From Mobula hypostoma (taxonomy: Eukaryota): a DNA stretch of 64,000 bases. Both the position numbers and the translations under genes were made by a program. The stretch lies in contig NC_086097.1 in NCBI RefSeq assembly GCF_963921235.1, positions 160,024,001 to 160,088,000 on the forward strand. Direction: 5' to 3'. Shown here one piece after another: positions 1 to 11,260 of this stretch. Under the pieces are notes generated by a model. That model was not told the origin of the DNA and made no database searches. It saw nothing but the letters and a program-made list of their open reading frames with translations. Within the stretch, counting starts at the first letter, position 1; each line of letters starts with the position of its first letter.

Positions 1-94
1 GTTTTAATCTGCACTAAGTGCACTGTTGCAATGAAATAATCCATATGGATGGTATGCAAGAAATTCTTTCACTGTACCTCAGTATACACTATGA

Positions 95-350
95 CCATAG
101 GACGTAAGAGCAGAATTTGGCCTTTAGGTCCGTCGAGTCTACTCTGCCTTTCGATTATAGCTGATTTATTTTCCCTCTCAACCACATTCTCCTGCTTTTT
201 CCCTTATCCTTTGACACTCTTGCCAATCAAGAACCTGTCAACCTCCACTTTAAATATACCCAATGACTTGGCCTCCACACCTGTCAGTGGCAATGAATTC
301 CATACAGTCACTACCCGCTGGCGAAATAAATTCCTCACTGTCTGTTCTAA
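95..350 (-). mobile_element. CR1 LINE 3' end fragment
   Basis: Reverse strand reads like the CR1 ORF2 C-terminus (FISPAGSDCMEFIATDRCGGQVIG region; typically FFSQRVVNLWNSLP..AVEA) plus a CR1 3'UTR ending in a short TATGGTC-type tail. Confidence 0.75.
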
Positions 351-379
351 ATGTGACCATAATAAGGCAATTTACCAAT

Positions 380-745
380 ATACCAATGGGGAGAGACTGG
401 TTGAGTTGGGGCTATTTTTCCTGGAGCGTAGAAGGTCCGAGTGTGAGTTGGTGAACTTAGAGGCATATTAAATCATAAGGGGCATAGAGAAAGGGTCATG
501 GTCTTTTCCCCAGGGTAGGCAAGATTAAGACTAAAGGACATAGGTTTGAAGTGAGAAGGGCAGGATTTTCACATACAGAATGAGCAGCCAGAGGAAATGG
601 AAGAGACAGGTAAAATTACAATATTTGAAAGAGATTTAGACAGGTACGGATAGGAATGACTTAGAGGGAAATGGGCCAAATACAGACAAATGGGACAAAC
701 TCTGATAGGTATGGTGGTCATCATAAGCATATTAGGCAGAAAGCT
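380..745 (+). mobile_element. CR1 LINE 3' fragment, degraded
   Basis: GERLVELGLFFLERRR...LEAY motif (end of ORF 49..471), typical of the CR1 ORF2 C-terminus; followed by 3'UTR-like sequence. Confidence 0.75.
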
Positions 746-1202
746 TGTCACACACCAAGAGCTTTGCCAGCCTAGTCATCCCAGAATGTGGTCACATTAC
801 AGCAGCATTGCTGCAAGTGCATAGCCAGCCTATTAGCATCTTATATGGAAATGTTAGGCTAGCATAACTCTCCTGTAAATTAGGGAATCTTCAGCGGACT
901 GGTAAAGCAAAAATGAGGTCCATCACTGCACTTAGTTGTACAACAACTTAAGAAAAAGGAACATAATTAAACATCAATATTTCAGAGTTGCTGGCCAGAT
1001 TACGCTGTTCTAACATTTGCTTAACAAAGCACCACTTAGCTATCAGATTTACATTAAGATACTATGAAGTTTCTGAGTTACTCTATTTGCATAATATAAA
1101 TAACAGAAACGCAATAAAAAGCCAAGTCTTTACAAGGTTAAGTACTCTTTTACAATAACTGTCTGGCAGCGCAATTCAAACTATTATGCACCAAAAAATA
1201 AC

Positions 1203-1345
1203 AAACACAAAAGATTCTACAGATGCTGAAAATCCAGAGCAACTCACACAAAATGCTGGAGGAGTTCTGCAGATTAGGGAGCATCTACAAAGAGGAATAA
1301 ACAGCTGATGCTTCAGGCAAAGACCCTTCATTATGACTGAAAGGA
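1203..1345 (-). mobile_element. Penelope-like terminal repeat (pLTR), inverted, with degenerate hammerhead motif
   Basis: Reverse complement contains CAGTC-ATAATGA-AGGGTCTTTGCCT-GAAG-CATC-AGCTG followed by the shared pLTR body; lies inverted just upstream of a Penelope body. Confidence 0.75.
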
Positions 1346-1374
1346 AGAAGGAATTTTCCAGGGGCAAGATTACA

Positions 1375-2085
1375 CAAGGACTGCTCTCTCCGTGGTTCCT
1401 TTCTCCATTTGTCGCTCCCCACTAAGTACTACACCTGCCCATTCACCTTCTCCCTCACCTCCATTCATGGACCCAAACATTCATCCAAGTGAGGCATCAT
1501 TTCACCTGTGAATATTTTGTGGTTGACTACTGTATAAAGTGCTTATAATGTGACCTTGTCTACATTGGTAGGACTCAATATAGATTGGTGTACTCCTTTG
1601 TTGAACACCTCTGCTCCTTCTGCAAACATCAGGATTTTCCAGTAGCAAACCATTTTAATTCCTATCCCCATTCCATTCTGACATGTTGTTGAATTGCCTC
1701 CTCTTCTGGCACGATGTGGCCACCCTCATTTTAAATGAGCAACACTTCATAGTCCTTCTAGGACCTGATGGCATGAACATTGAGTTCTGGTCATTTTCCC
1801 CCTCCCCCCTCCATCTTCTTTAATTCCCCATTCTGACCTCTTAGCTCTTCTCCTCTTTGCCTATCATCTCCCTTGGTGCACCTCCTTCACCTCTCCCAGG
1901 GTCTACTTGCCTCTCCTATCAGATTCATTCTCCAGCTCTTTACCTTCTCCACCTATCACCTCCCAGCTTCTTACTTTGTCCACTCTCCCCGACCCACTTG
2001 GATTCACTGATCACCTTCTAGCTTGTCCTCCTTTCCCCCCTACCGCCTTCTTCTTCTGACATCTTCCCCCTTCCCTTCCAGTCTC
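1375..2085 (+). mobile_element. Penelope-like element fragment (GIY-YIG endonuclease region plus pyrimidine-rich 3' region)
   Basis: Decayed HFTCE..VVDYCIKCL.CDLVYIGRTQYRL..SFVEHL GIY-YIG motif; homologous to 11980-12260 and 37326-37613. Confidence 0.8.
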
Positions 2086-2149
2086 AAAATGTAATTATTG
2101 CTAATGTTGTGTTCAGTTTATTAGATACTAAGCGTTGTTGGAGACTTTC

Positions 2150-2720
2150 TGAGTGTTTCGTTTGAAATTAAGACGATGCTAATTTAGACTTTGAGTTACT
2201 TAAGATGGAAGGATCAGTATTAGGCTCAGAAGCTGGGTTCTGAATCTGAACAAAAAACTGTGCTGATATGGGACACAAATTACCCTGTACGGGGGTGGGG
2301 GGGACTTTACTGAATGGGTTCATGATGGATAATACTTTAAGAATTGATATGTAAATTCAAATGATCAATTTTTGTCTCGCATAAAACTAGGTGTGGAATG
2401 AGGGATAAATCGTGGATTATGAAGAAAATCAGGAATAGTGTTAGGTCCAAAATGGAAGCTGATAAAATAGCCAGGAGAAATAGCAGGGCTGAGGATTTGG
2501 AACAGGTAGGCAAGAGGGGTAAGTGGGAATATGAAGGTAAACTTACAGGGAACCAAAAAAAACCTGTCTGTCAAAGCTACTATAAATATGCAAAAGGAAT
2601 TGCTGAAAACAAATATAGATCTTCTACACTCAGAAATAGGGAAAATTATAATTGGTAACAAAGAAATGTCAGAATGATTAAATACATACTTTAATTACAT
2701 CTTCACTAAAGGGAACACAA
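2150..2720 (+). mobile_element. CR1 ORF2 EN-RT linker fragment
   Basis: ORF 2398..2658 (SWIMKKIRNSVRSK..EYEGKLTGN..CQSYYKY) matches the CR1 linker pattern PWLT..I...EYE.KLA.NIK.DCKSFYRY. Confidence 0.7.
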
Positions 2721-2831
2721 ATAGCCCTCTGGCCTTCTGCTTGTTCCTAATTTTCGTTTGTACAGTATGTTTCCTTTTCAATGTTGATCCAATTTGCTCT
2801 TTCCTTACTTTATTTTCCTTTGAGTTTGACT

Positions 2832-3180
2832 TAGAAACATAGAAACATAGAAAACCTACAGCACAATACAGGCCCTTCGGCCCACAAAGATGTGCCAAAC
2901 ATGTCATTACCTTAGAACTACCTAGGCTTACCCATAGCCCTCTATTTTTCTAAGCACCATGTATACATCCAGGAGTCTCTTAAAAGACCCTATTGCTTCC
3001 ACCTCCACCACCACTGCTGGCAGCCCATTCCACACTCTCACCACTCTCTGCGTAAAAAACTTATCCCTGGCAGCTCCTCTGTACCTACTTCCAAGCTCCT
3101 TAAAACTATTCCCTCTCATGCTCGCCATTTCAGCCCTGGGAAAAAGCCTCTGACTACCCACACAATAAATGCCTCTCATG
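2832..3180 (-). mobile_element. CR1 LINE, 5'-truncated
   Basis: ORF 2928..3179 (FFTQRVVRVWNGLP..GSFKRLLD); 3' tail (TTTCTATG)n seen as TAGAAACATAGAAACATAGAAA. Confidence 0.92.
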
Positions 3181-3499
3181 ATGACTTCATGATGACTTTC
3201 TAATTTACCAATGTACGAGTTGTTAATTTACTTACTATTTACTGCTTTTGCTGTTTATATCTCTATGCATTAACCTGGTGGGTAGACTTACAGAAAGTCC
3301 TTGCCTGATTCACTCAGGATTCCAACTATTGTTATCAGCTGACATCTTTAATAACATGCAACTTTTCATTTGTAAAAGCTGATCGTACATGAATTCCTGA
3401 CTAATCCATCACACCCAGCAAAATAGGAGCTTTTCTGTCACAATGATGCAGTGAGCAACTTGTCAATATATATTGAGGATGCTAACTGTTTGCACTGTA

Positions 3500-4038
3500 T
3501 TGAATTAAATTGAATTGAATTGACTTTATTTCTTACATCCTTGACATACATGAGTAAAAATCTTTATGTTATGTCTCCATCTAAATGGGCAATGTGCAAT
3601 CATAGTAATTTATAATAATTTAAAATAAATAGAACAGTCAATGTAATATAGGGTACATTCAAGTCAGTGTGAGTTCATCAGTCTGATAGCCTGGTGGAAG
3701 AAGCTGTCCTGGAGCCTGTTGGTCCTGGCTTTTATGCTGTGGTACCGGTTTGCAGATGGTAGCAGCTGGAGTAGATTATGGTTGGGGTGGCTTGGGTCCC
3801 CAATGACCCTACAGGCCCATTTTACACACCTGTTCTTGTAAATCTCTTCTGAATCATGGGAAGTTCACAACTACAGATGCACTGAGCTGTCCGCTCCACT
3901 CTCTGCGGAGTCCTGTGATTAAGGGAGGTACAGTTCCCATACCAGGCAGTAATGCAGCCAGTTAGGATGCTCTCAATTGTTCCCCTGTAGAAAGTTCTTA
4001 GGATTTGGGGGCCCATACCAAATTTCCTCAACCGCCTG
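3500..4038 (-). mobile_element. Rex1/Babar-type LINE 3' fragment
   Basis: RRLRKFGM..ILRTFYRGTIESILTGCITAWYGNC motif (ORF 3822..4127); (TTCAA)n tail at about 3500-3523. Confidence 0.85.
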
Positions 4039-4092
<54 letters not shown>

Positions 4093-4108
4093 GTGTGTGT
4101 GTTTGTGT
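4039..4108. repeat. (TG)n microsatellite with TGTA interruptions
   Basis: Directly visible. Confidence 0.98.
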
Positions 4109-5019
4109 AGGTATGCGCATATATCAACTCTCACAATTATAAACATAATAATAATCCACATTATGTCAGAAATTACAAGAGCTCTTGCCAATATTCACTG
4201 GGAATCATTTCCAAAGTATTGTAGAACAGTATAAAATTAATCCCTTTGCTTTGTCATAAACGCAATCCAGTTATGAAATTCTAATGTATAGGCTATGAAT
4301 CAGGTCAGGACCTGCAGAATAATTTGAGGAGCAACATCTGTCAGTTCACCTCACCACTGGAGACTGCATTACAGTGTCAGATTCCAACAACTGCAACCTC
4401 TCATTCTCTCCCTTCTCCTTCCTCACAACATCTCCTCAACACTTTGCCTGTCGCTCCCCTAGTTCTTCATGAAGTCTCATCTTCCAGCTGAACAGCAGAT
4501 AGTTAGTTTTGCTCCTTCGTGGGCAAAGGTGAGATCAACAACATTGAATAACACTGTCCCGTCCGAAGCATACTGATCATTTTGATCTCCTTATTTCAGT
4601 CTGCAAGCACCAGTATTACACTGCAGGACCTGCACCAGGACTGGCCTGGCCTAGAACCTGAGTGTCCCAGTGTTTGTTCATTCCTTCATTCCCAATATGC
4701 AGATTGAAAGGGTGCATGCTTTATATTAATCATGTTGTTCTTGTTCAATTAATTTTAATTAGTTATAATTGTTATTCTGTGTTGTGACCAACTATTTTTA
4801 TTTTTAAAAAATCAATTGTTTTAATTATTTTATTTACTTATTACACTTTTAATAGTTTTGTCTCTGCATCTCAGAAATATTTAAAACAATTCAGTTCAAT
4901 TAAAGGTCCGGTAGAAGTCAACACCCCAGCTCCAAGGACTGTGTTCTGTTGAAGCTTGTCAAGCATTTCAGGACCAGGACCTCTGCACTACACCAATCGC
5001 TGTTCACACTTTGTCACTA

Positions 5020-5330
5020 AATTAGGAGAGTAAACAGCAGAAAGTCAGGCCTCCACATTCATACCATGTGCAGGTCGATGTAATAATATGAGGACTGTAG
5101 CAGGTACTCTGTGGTGCAGACACAATCCATCACCATCCTGCTCATGTCATTCATGCCTGATCTATAAAATTGTAAGCCTGCACCACGTGCTTGATTTCCT
5201 AGCTTGGGCTGGAAACTATAAACATCTCACAAGACATCAAGAATGTATTCACTGGTTCATCTATTCACTCTTCCTGGGTGAATGTTTGACCGCAGATTCA
5301 AAGTCCAATTTCTATGGTGTAGTAAAACTT
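5020..5330 (-). pseudogene. Probable highly decayed PIF/Harbinger transposase C-terminus
   Basis: Frameshifted minus-strand peptides FLMS...AQAR/NQAR...IDQA...CYSP.HIITSTCTW occur in the order and spacing of Harbinger WLMTP..AE.RYN.AH..IEQA..LQYSP..II.ACC.LHN. Confidence 0.4.
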
Positions 5331-5939
5331 TCAGTCTACAAACTTGAGGCTAGTCCACAATTGGCAGGTTATCATACAGCAATCATTCTTCATTACAACT
5401 GCTCAGCACGTAAAACTACAAGATTTGCCATTTTTTGCAGCTTGGAATTCATCATTCATCAACAACTCAAGCCAGTGAATAGGCTCTGAATATATTTGAG
5501 AGCATCTGACCAAGTACAGAATGAGACTAATAAGTGGCATTCTGTACACTGAAAACATTAACAAACTAAGTGACTGCATAAAAAGTTTAAAGCAAGCACT
5601 TTTAAGAAGTTTTTTCATAACTCTCAGTTTGATTATACTTTCTACAAAGGAAGTTCTTTAAGAATGACAAGTCAAGGAACTCATTAAAAATATTTATACT
5701 AAATCTTGTATCCCAAATTCAAGACAAAGCGAATTAGAATTGGGAAGTTATTTTGTTGAAATTCATAATAGTTAAGACATATTTAATTTTAACAAGTTTT
5801 AATCTTGAATAAGTTTCATTGAATGTTTTTTCTAAAGCTTTTGTGTCTTGATATCAACCAAACCAATCTGATTTGTTTCACCTATTGAGCCCACTAAAAG
5901 AAACAGAAAAATTCTGTTGTATTATATTACATGCAACAT

Positions 5940-6145
5940 TGGGCTAGTCACCAGAGATATGAACTGATAATCCATATTGATCTAAGTTCAAATCCCACCA
6001 TGACAGGTGAGAAGATTGAAATCAATTTGAAAATAAATCTGGAAAAATAAGGGTTGGTATCAGAAAAAAAAATGACCTTGGAACTGTCAAATACTAGCTA
6101 AAATCTGGTAGGCTCCTAATTTATTTTGGGACAGGAGACCTGATC
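5940..6145 (+). mobile_element. tRNA-derived SINE remnant
   Basis: B-box-like GTTCAAATCCC followed by ACCATG.CAG and ATAAATCTGGAA, resembling a common chondrichthyan SINE as recalled; not searched. Confidence 0.55.
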
Positions 6146-6689
6146 TACCACAGACAGCGGAATAAATGTCACATTTTCAATCAAAACAAAGATCATGAAA
6201 ATCCATGAGAAAATATATTTTACTAAGCTTCCTTTATATACTTTCATGAGAAAGGATTATTCACAAAATGAAAAAAAACTTAAATAAACTACATCTATAA
6301 AATTATGAAATGGATGCATAATAAATTTAAAATCAATTAAGTTATGCTGCCAAATAATAATCCTTCATCACATGATGTGAAAGCACACATACAAAGCTGT
6401 GCCTAAAGTGCATCTGAAAATCAGAAGTTTTTATCAAAGAGTCAATAGATCAGAATGGACAGTTATTGATAAGTAAATGATCTAAATATATTGAAAAAAG
6501 TAGTTCTAGACTAGGTTGAGTTTTGAATTAAATTTTGCCTTGCGTTAATTCAATATTAATCTTTTATCAGATTCTGTTTATAAAAGGTTATGAACTGTGA
6601 TATGTAAGCCTACTTTGATCGTCTTTAAAAAGTCATGGGTTTTAGCTCATAAATGTAAGTCCAGTGACCCAGATGGTGCTGGTGTATGT

Positions 6690-6900
6690 ACAAAATGATT
6701 AGAGAAAATTGGTCCATACTCTCCGGAGTTGGGAGGAATAAGAGGCAAATACATTGAATTAAATAGGATTCGATGAGAGATTGAAAAGGAAATACTGGGA
6801 ACTGTTTTGTCCGGCTGAAGAATTTAGTGACTCAGCATAAAGTATTCATTAACAGCAGATAATGAAAAGAAAAATCTTTACTCAAAGGTTTGTGAATTAT
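6690..6900 (+). mobile_element. CR1 3' fragment, old
   Basis: Decayed LEK.G.YS.E..R.RG..IE motif and FTQR.V motif. Confidence 0.55.
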
Positions 6901-7259
6901 TCAATAAATGAGCTATCTTTATTCCAATCTCAAGCAATGAAAATTACTTAGAAAAATATGAGGAGACTTGCACAGCTGATGAAGCATGCGCACCAGGTTA
7001 ATTCACTCTATTCACTACCTCAGACCCATTCTCTACTATACTCCACTCTCCTTCATATCCCCACACCATCCCAGTCTCACTGTGACCTCTCTTCTTTTGG
7101 CTTCAAACACTATTCTTGCCGAGAGGAAGGTGTCACTTTTCCACATAATTCAGCATAATTCATTCCATCAGTGCTCCGCATTGAATCAGCCTCTCAAATA
7201 TGCTCAAAATCATATTACCATTTAATATTCTTTTAGCCATCTGATGCAGAAATTTATAT

Positions 7260-7760
7260 GTAATTGACTAATGTTGTCTTACTCTTTGTATCACCTACTT
7301 CAACTGTCGCTTCAACATCCCATTTCTGGATGTCAGGTTTACAAGGAGATATTTAATACCTGAGGACCATAACCTAGACTGAGTGTTTCATTCCATAACC
7401 TGAGTAATAATTTAATTTCAGTCTCAACTGCCAGTCTTCCATTCTTTCTTCAAGCTTTGGCTGAAACTAAGCTCATTCGTGCTCTGAATATTTCATGCAT
7501 TGGTATCTCAGCAGGAGTACTAACTCCTGTAGAAGTTGGCATTGCTGTGAAGTTTAGCGAGGTTGTCTCAATGTTAACCCAGAATATATTTATCTTTTGT
7601 TTCTTCAGAGCTTCTTCTGACAATTTCCTCAGATCCCCAATTTAATACTGAATGATTTGACAGACTAAGACTGTGTGAATACTATTTTATTTCTTTAAAC
7701 ACTCAAAAAATCTAAATCAATTTAGCTCATCATCCAAGACTAATTCTTCCAGTAAACCAT
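7260..7760 (-). pseudogene. Gypsy/Ty3 integrase core and C-terminal remnant
   Basis: Minus strand gives DGLLEELVLDD (GLPEELVSDNG), EALKK, PTSTGVSTPAEIPMHEIFRARMSL (TTG.SPAELLM.R.LRTRL), GP, and LKR at Gypsy integrase spacing; many stops. Confidence 0.6.
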
Positions 7761-7985
7761 CAGAATCTGAATCAGGGTTATTACCACAATTGTCATGAAA
7801 TTTGGTTTTCTGTGGCAGTAGTACAATGCAAGACATAAAGATTGTTATAAGTTACAATTTTAAAAAAATAATTAAATAGTTCAGAAGAGAAATAGTGAGA
7901 TAGCACTCATGAGTTTATGGACCATTCACAAAACTGATGGTGGTGGGGAAGAAGCTGTGCTTAAAATTTCTGAAGAAGCTGTGCT

Positions 7986-8085
7986 CAGTCCTGAGGAATG
8001 ATATCACCCCAAAACGTTGACTATTTACTCTTTTCCATAGATGCTGCTGACCTGCTGAGTTCCTCCAGCATTTTGTGTGTGTGGC
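7986..8085 (+). mobile_element. Free-standing Penelope pLTR copy with degenerate hammerhead
   Basis: CAGTC-CTGAGGA-...-AAAACGTT-GACTA then ATAGATGCTGCTGACCTGCTGAGTTCCTCCAGCATTTTGTGTG; inserted in a Rex1 3' region next to the local duplication GAAGAAGCTGTGCT (7948-7961, 7972-7985). Confidence 0.8.
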
Positions 8086-8369
8086 TATTCCTAAAATTCC
8101 TAATTTCCTAAAATCCGTAGAAGTGTGTGCCTTCAAGCTCCTGTTTCTCCTCCATAATGATAATAATCAGAAGACAACATGTCTTGTATAGTGAGGTCCT
8201 TAATGATGGATTCCATCTTCTTAAGGCACTGCCTTTTGAAGATGCCCTCAATGGTTAGGAGGCTCGTGCCTGTGAGGGAGCTTGCTGAGTCAATCACTCT
8301 CTGCAGCCTCTTTGATCCCGTGCTTTGGAGCCTGCATACCAAGTGGTGATGCAACCAGTCAGAATCCTC

Positions 8370-8429
8370 AACATAAACACAAGAGATTCTGCAGATGCTG
8401 GAAATCCAGAGTAACAGACAGAAAATGTT
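8370..8429 (-). mobile_element. 60-bp Penelope pLTR 3' end with 13-bp target-site duplication
   Basis: Flanked by AGTCAGAATCCTC (8357-8369) and AGTCAAAATCCTC (8430-8442); the insert matches 1203-1255. Confidence 0.8.
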
Positions 8430-8846
8430 AGTCAAAATCCTCTCCATGGTACATGTGTAAAAATTTTGCCAGAGTCTTTGGTGACCTACCAAATCTCCTC
8501 AAACTCCTAGTGAAGTAGAGCAGCTGGTGTGCCATTTGCTTCAATATGTTGGAACCAGGATAGATCCTCTGAGAAGTAGATGACCAGGAATTTGAAGGTG
8601 CTCACCCTTTTCATGCTGACCCCTCAATGAGAACTGGTGTGGGTTCTCCCGACTTCCCTTTCAGAAGTCCATGATTGATTCTTTGGTTTGCTGATGTTGC
8701 GTGTGAGAGCGTTGTTGTGACCCCACTCAACCAGCTGAACTACCTCACTCCTGTATGGCTCCTTGTCATCTCTGAGATTTTACCAATGACGGCGGTGTCA
8801 TCTGCAAATTAATAGATGGCACTTAAGTCATGAGTGTAGAGAGAGT

Positions 8847-9939
8847 CTTCTTCTTCTTCGGTTGTCCATTGAAATCCGATGACGACATTCACTCCTTTAA
8901 CGGTGAGATCTTTGATGACTTTCCAGTCCTATCCTGGACCCACAAGTTCTATTGCAGGTGGGACATGTATATGTGGTAGTGGTGGTAGTGATGGCAACCG
9001 TGACTGCATTTCTCCTGGCTCTCTTCTGCTGTCTTCTGGTTGTTCTTTCAATCTCCAGAATACGAACCCCGTCCCTGCACAGCTGTCGCAAAGTGGTACG
9101 GTCAGCAGCAACATCCTCCAGGTCCTCGGGTCTGATCTTGCATTTCCCTAAAGCATTCTTCATCTGATCCTTATAGTGCTTCTTCGGCCTTCCAGCTGAG
9201 CGTCGACCATGATGTAGCTGGCCGTATAACACTCTGCGGGGTAGCCGACATGGGGGTATCCTTATCACGTGCCCCAGCCACTACAGCTGACGCTGGGTGA
9301 TCATGGCCTCAATACTTCTGCAGTTGGTCTTTACAAGTATTTCAGTGTGAGGCACCCGCTCACACCAGCTAATTCCTAGGATGCGCTGGAGGCAGCTTAT
9401 GTGGAAGCACTCCAAGGACTTGATGTGACGGCTGTAGGCTACCCAAGCTTTACAGCTATAAAGGAGGGTGGTGACACAGACAGCTTGGTACACAGTGACC
9501 TTTGTGGAGGGTCGAAGGCTCCTGTTCTGAAAGACTCTATGCCAAAGTCTCCCAAAGGCAGCTGATGCCTGTTTAATGTGGCTCTGGATGTCGTTGTCAA
9601 TGCCGCTATCCTCAGAGAGAATGCTCCCCAGATATTTGAAAGATGGCACTACTGACAGTTTTTCATCACCAACAGTGAAGGCAGGTAGAGTGGGTGGGAC
9701 ACAGGTACTCCATTGGCAAACCAGTTCTGTCTTGGTGGTATTGATAGTCAGCCCCATCCTGCTGTACGCTCTCACCACCACAGCAAGGACAGTCTGAAGA
9801 TCGTCTGGAGTATGGGCCACAAGAGCGCAGTCGTCTGCATACTGTAGCTCCAGGACCCGCTCTCTACGGAGTTTGATGGTTGTGTGGAGCCTCCTGATGT
9901 CAAAGAGGTTGCCATCTAAACTGACATCCACTGCCACAC
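8847..9939 (-). mobile_element. RTE-clade LINE, young, 5'-truncated (RT C-half plus C-terminal C2H2 finger)
   Basis: ORFs 9281..9952 (ELQYADDCALVAH, FKYLGS, ASAAFGRL) and 8897..9268 (CPTC..CGSRIGLESHQRSH) are in one frame with a single stop; (GAA)n tail; TSD AGAGAGAGT at 8838-8846 and 9940-9948. Confidence 0.95.
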
Positions 9940-10249
9940 AGAGAGAGTACAACAGTGAGCATGTATCCTTAGGGTGTGCCTGCTTTGATTATTAGCAAGG
10001 AAGGGATACTACTACCGATCCACACTGACTCTTGTCTCTTGAAGAGGAAGTCAAGGAAGGTACATAGAACTAGGCTTTGAAGCTTGCTGATTATAACTGA
10101 GGGGATGATGGAGTTGAACACTAATTTGTAATCAATAAACAACAACCTGATGTCAGTACTGCAGTTGTCCAGGTGGTCCGAGGCCACTTGTGTTTTACGA
10201 TATTGGATGTTAGTATGCTTTATTGTCATACTTAATAAAACATATTTTC

Positions 10250-11260
10250 ATTGAATCCTTTCCTGAATAATTACATAGCTGTATTAATTCAGCCATCTGT
10301 TTGCTATCATATTCTGAAAAATACTCACTGTTACTTCCAGCTTCGTAAATATGTTAAAGTCAGTGTAACGTTACAATCATGATAGGTATTTCACCTATTT
10401 CTTAACTCTTGAAGATCCTCATCTGACCCAGTAGAGAGGCAACATTTATAATGATTGTGTTAATGTTCACAATAGCAGAATTTTCATTATGAAAATTTTC
10501 CTGAAGTCAGCCTTCTCAACACACTTAGTATGATGATCTTGTATGGCCCTGTATTGTTCAGTCATCTCCTGCCATCGTTTGTAATAAGATTTAATCTTCA
10601 TCTGAAAATTTGTTTTATTCTGACAATTCATATCTCATTTTAGAATGATAATTTCCCTAAACCTTTCCAACTTTCTCCACTAATATAACTAGAAAAATCA
10701 TCTGAAATAGTTTCTGATGTTAAGATCATGCTTTCATTCCCCTTTACCTGAATTCTCATATACAATCTATAATCTTGACAGCACACTTGCAATAGTATTT
10801 TATTACTGAATCATTTAATCATATGGATGAATGAAGCTGACCTTCTGTGGCATTGTTTACACATCATATTTTACGTTCAGTCAACCATTTCCATGCTGAC
10901 ACTTGCAATAACCTTATTAACTCGCGACATGTTCTTTCTCGCATGTCTATTAATTCTGCACCCAGTTACACTTGGGGTAATTTAGAGGAGCCAATCAGCA
11001 TATCTTAGTGATGTGGGCTGAAATTGGGGTAAGTCGTTGAAATCCACACTATTGCAGGAAGTGTGTGCAAACACCACACAGACATTGTGGGAAGTCAGTT
11101 TTGTGCCCTTGTTCCTGAAGCTGTGAATCAGCAGTATTAGCTATTGCGCAATCTGATGCCTGTTTTGACAACTTACAATCAAGTATTGCTGATGAAGACC
11201 TTTGATTTATTATCAAAGTAAAAGATCGGCCTGATAAAAAATGATAAAATTTCATCTCCT
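10250..11260 (-). pseudogene. Gypsy/Ty3 pol remnant (RNase H to integrase zinc-binding region)
   Basis: ORF 11049..11255 begins KFYHFLSGRSFTLIINQR (KFH.YL.GR.FTL.TDH); downstream YD.IQ and NTIASVLSRL (N..ADALSRL); collinear with the integrase at 7260-7760. Confidence 0.65.
10910..11160 (-). mobile_element. HE1/V-SINE-like tRNA-derived SINE, old
   Basis: Reverse strand: TAGCTAATACTGCTGATTCACAGC...TGTCTGTGTGGTGTTTGCACAC...GTGTGGATTTC, a V-SINE-like head and core. Confidence 0.6.

Larger units (their letters stand above)
7762..10190 (-). mobile_element. Rex1/Babar-type LINE (RT to 3' tail), interrupted by three younger insertions
   Basis: ORFs 9969..10229 (RLLFIDY..FNSIIPS..ISKL), 8133..8492 and 7915..8136 (FKHSFFPTTI); (ATTCTG)n-type tail at about 7762-7775. 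Confidence 0.85.

Noticed and set aside
3822..4234. His/Thr- and Cys/Val-repeat proteins (also 60402-60825)
   Set aside because: These are translations of (TG)n microsatellites.
5940..6010. tRNA gene
   Set aside because: Only a B-box-like motif in a SINE head; no cloverleaf.
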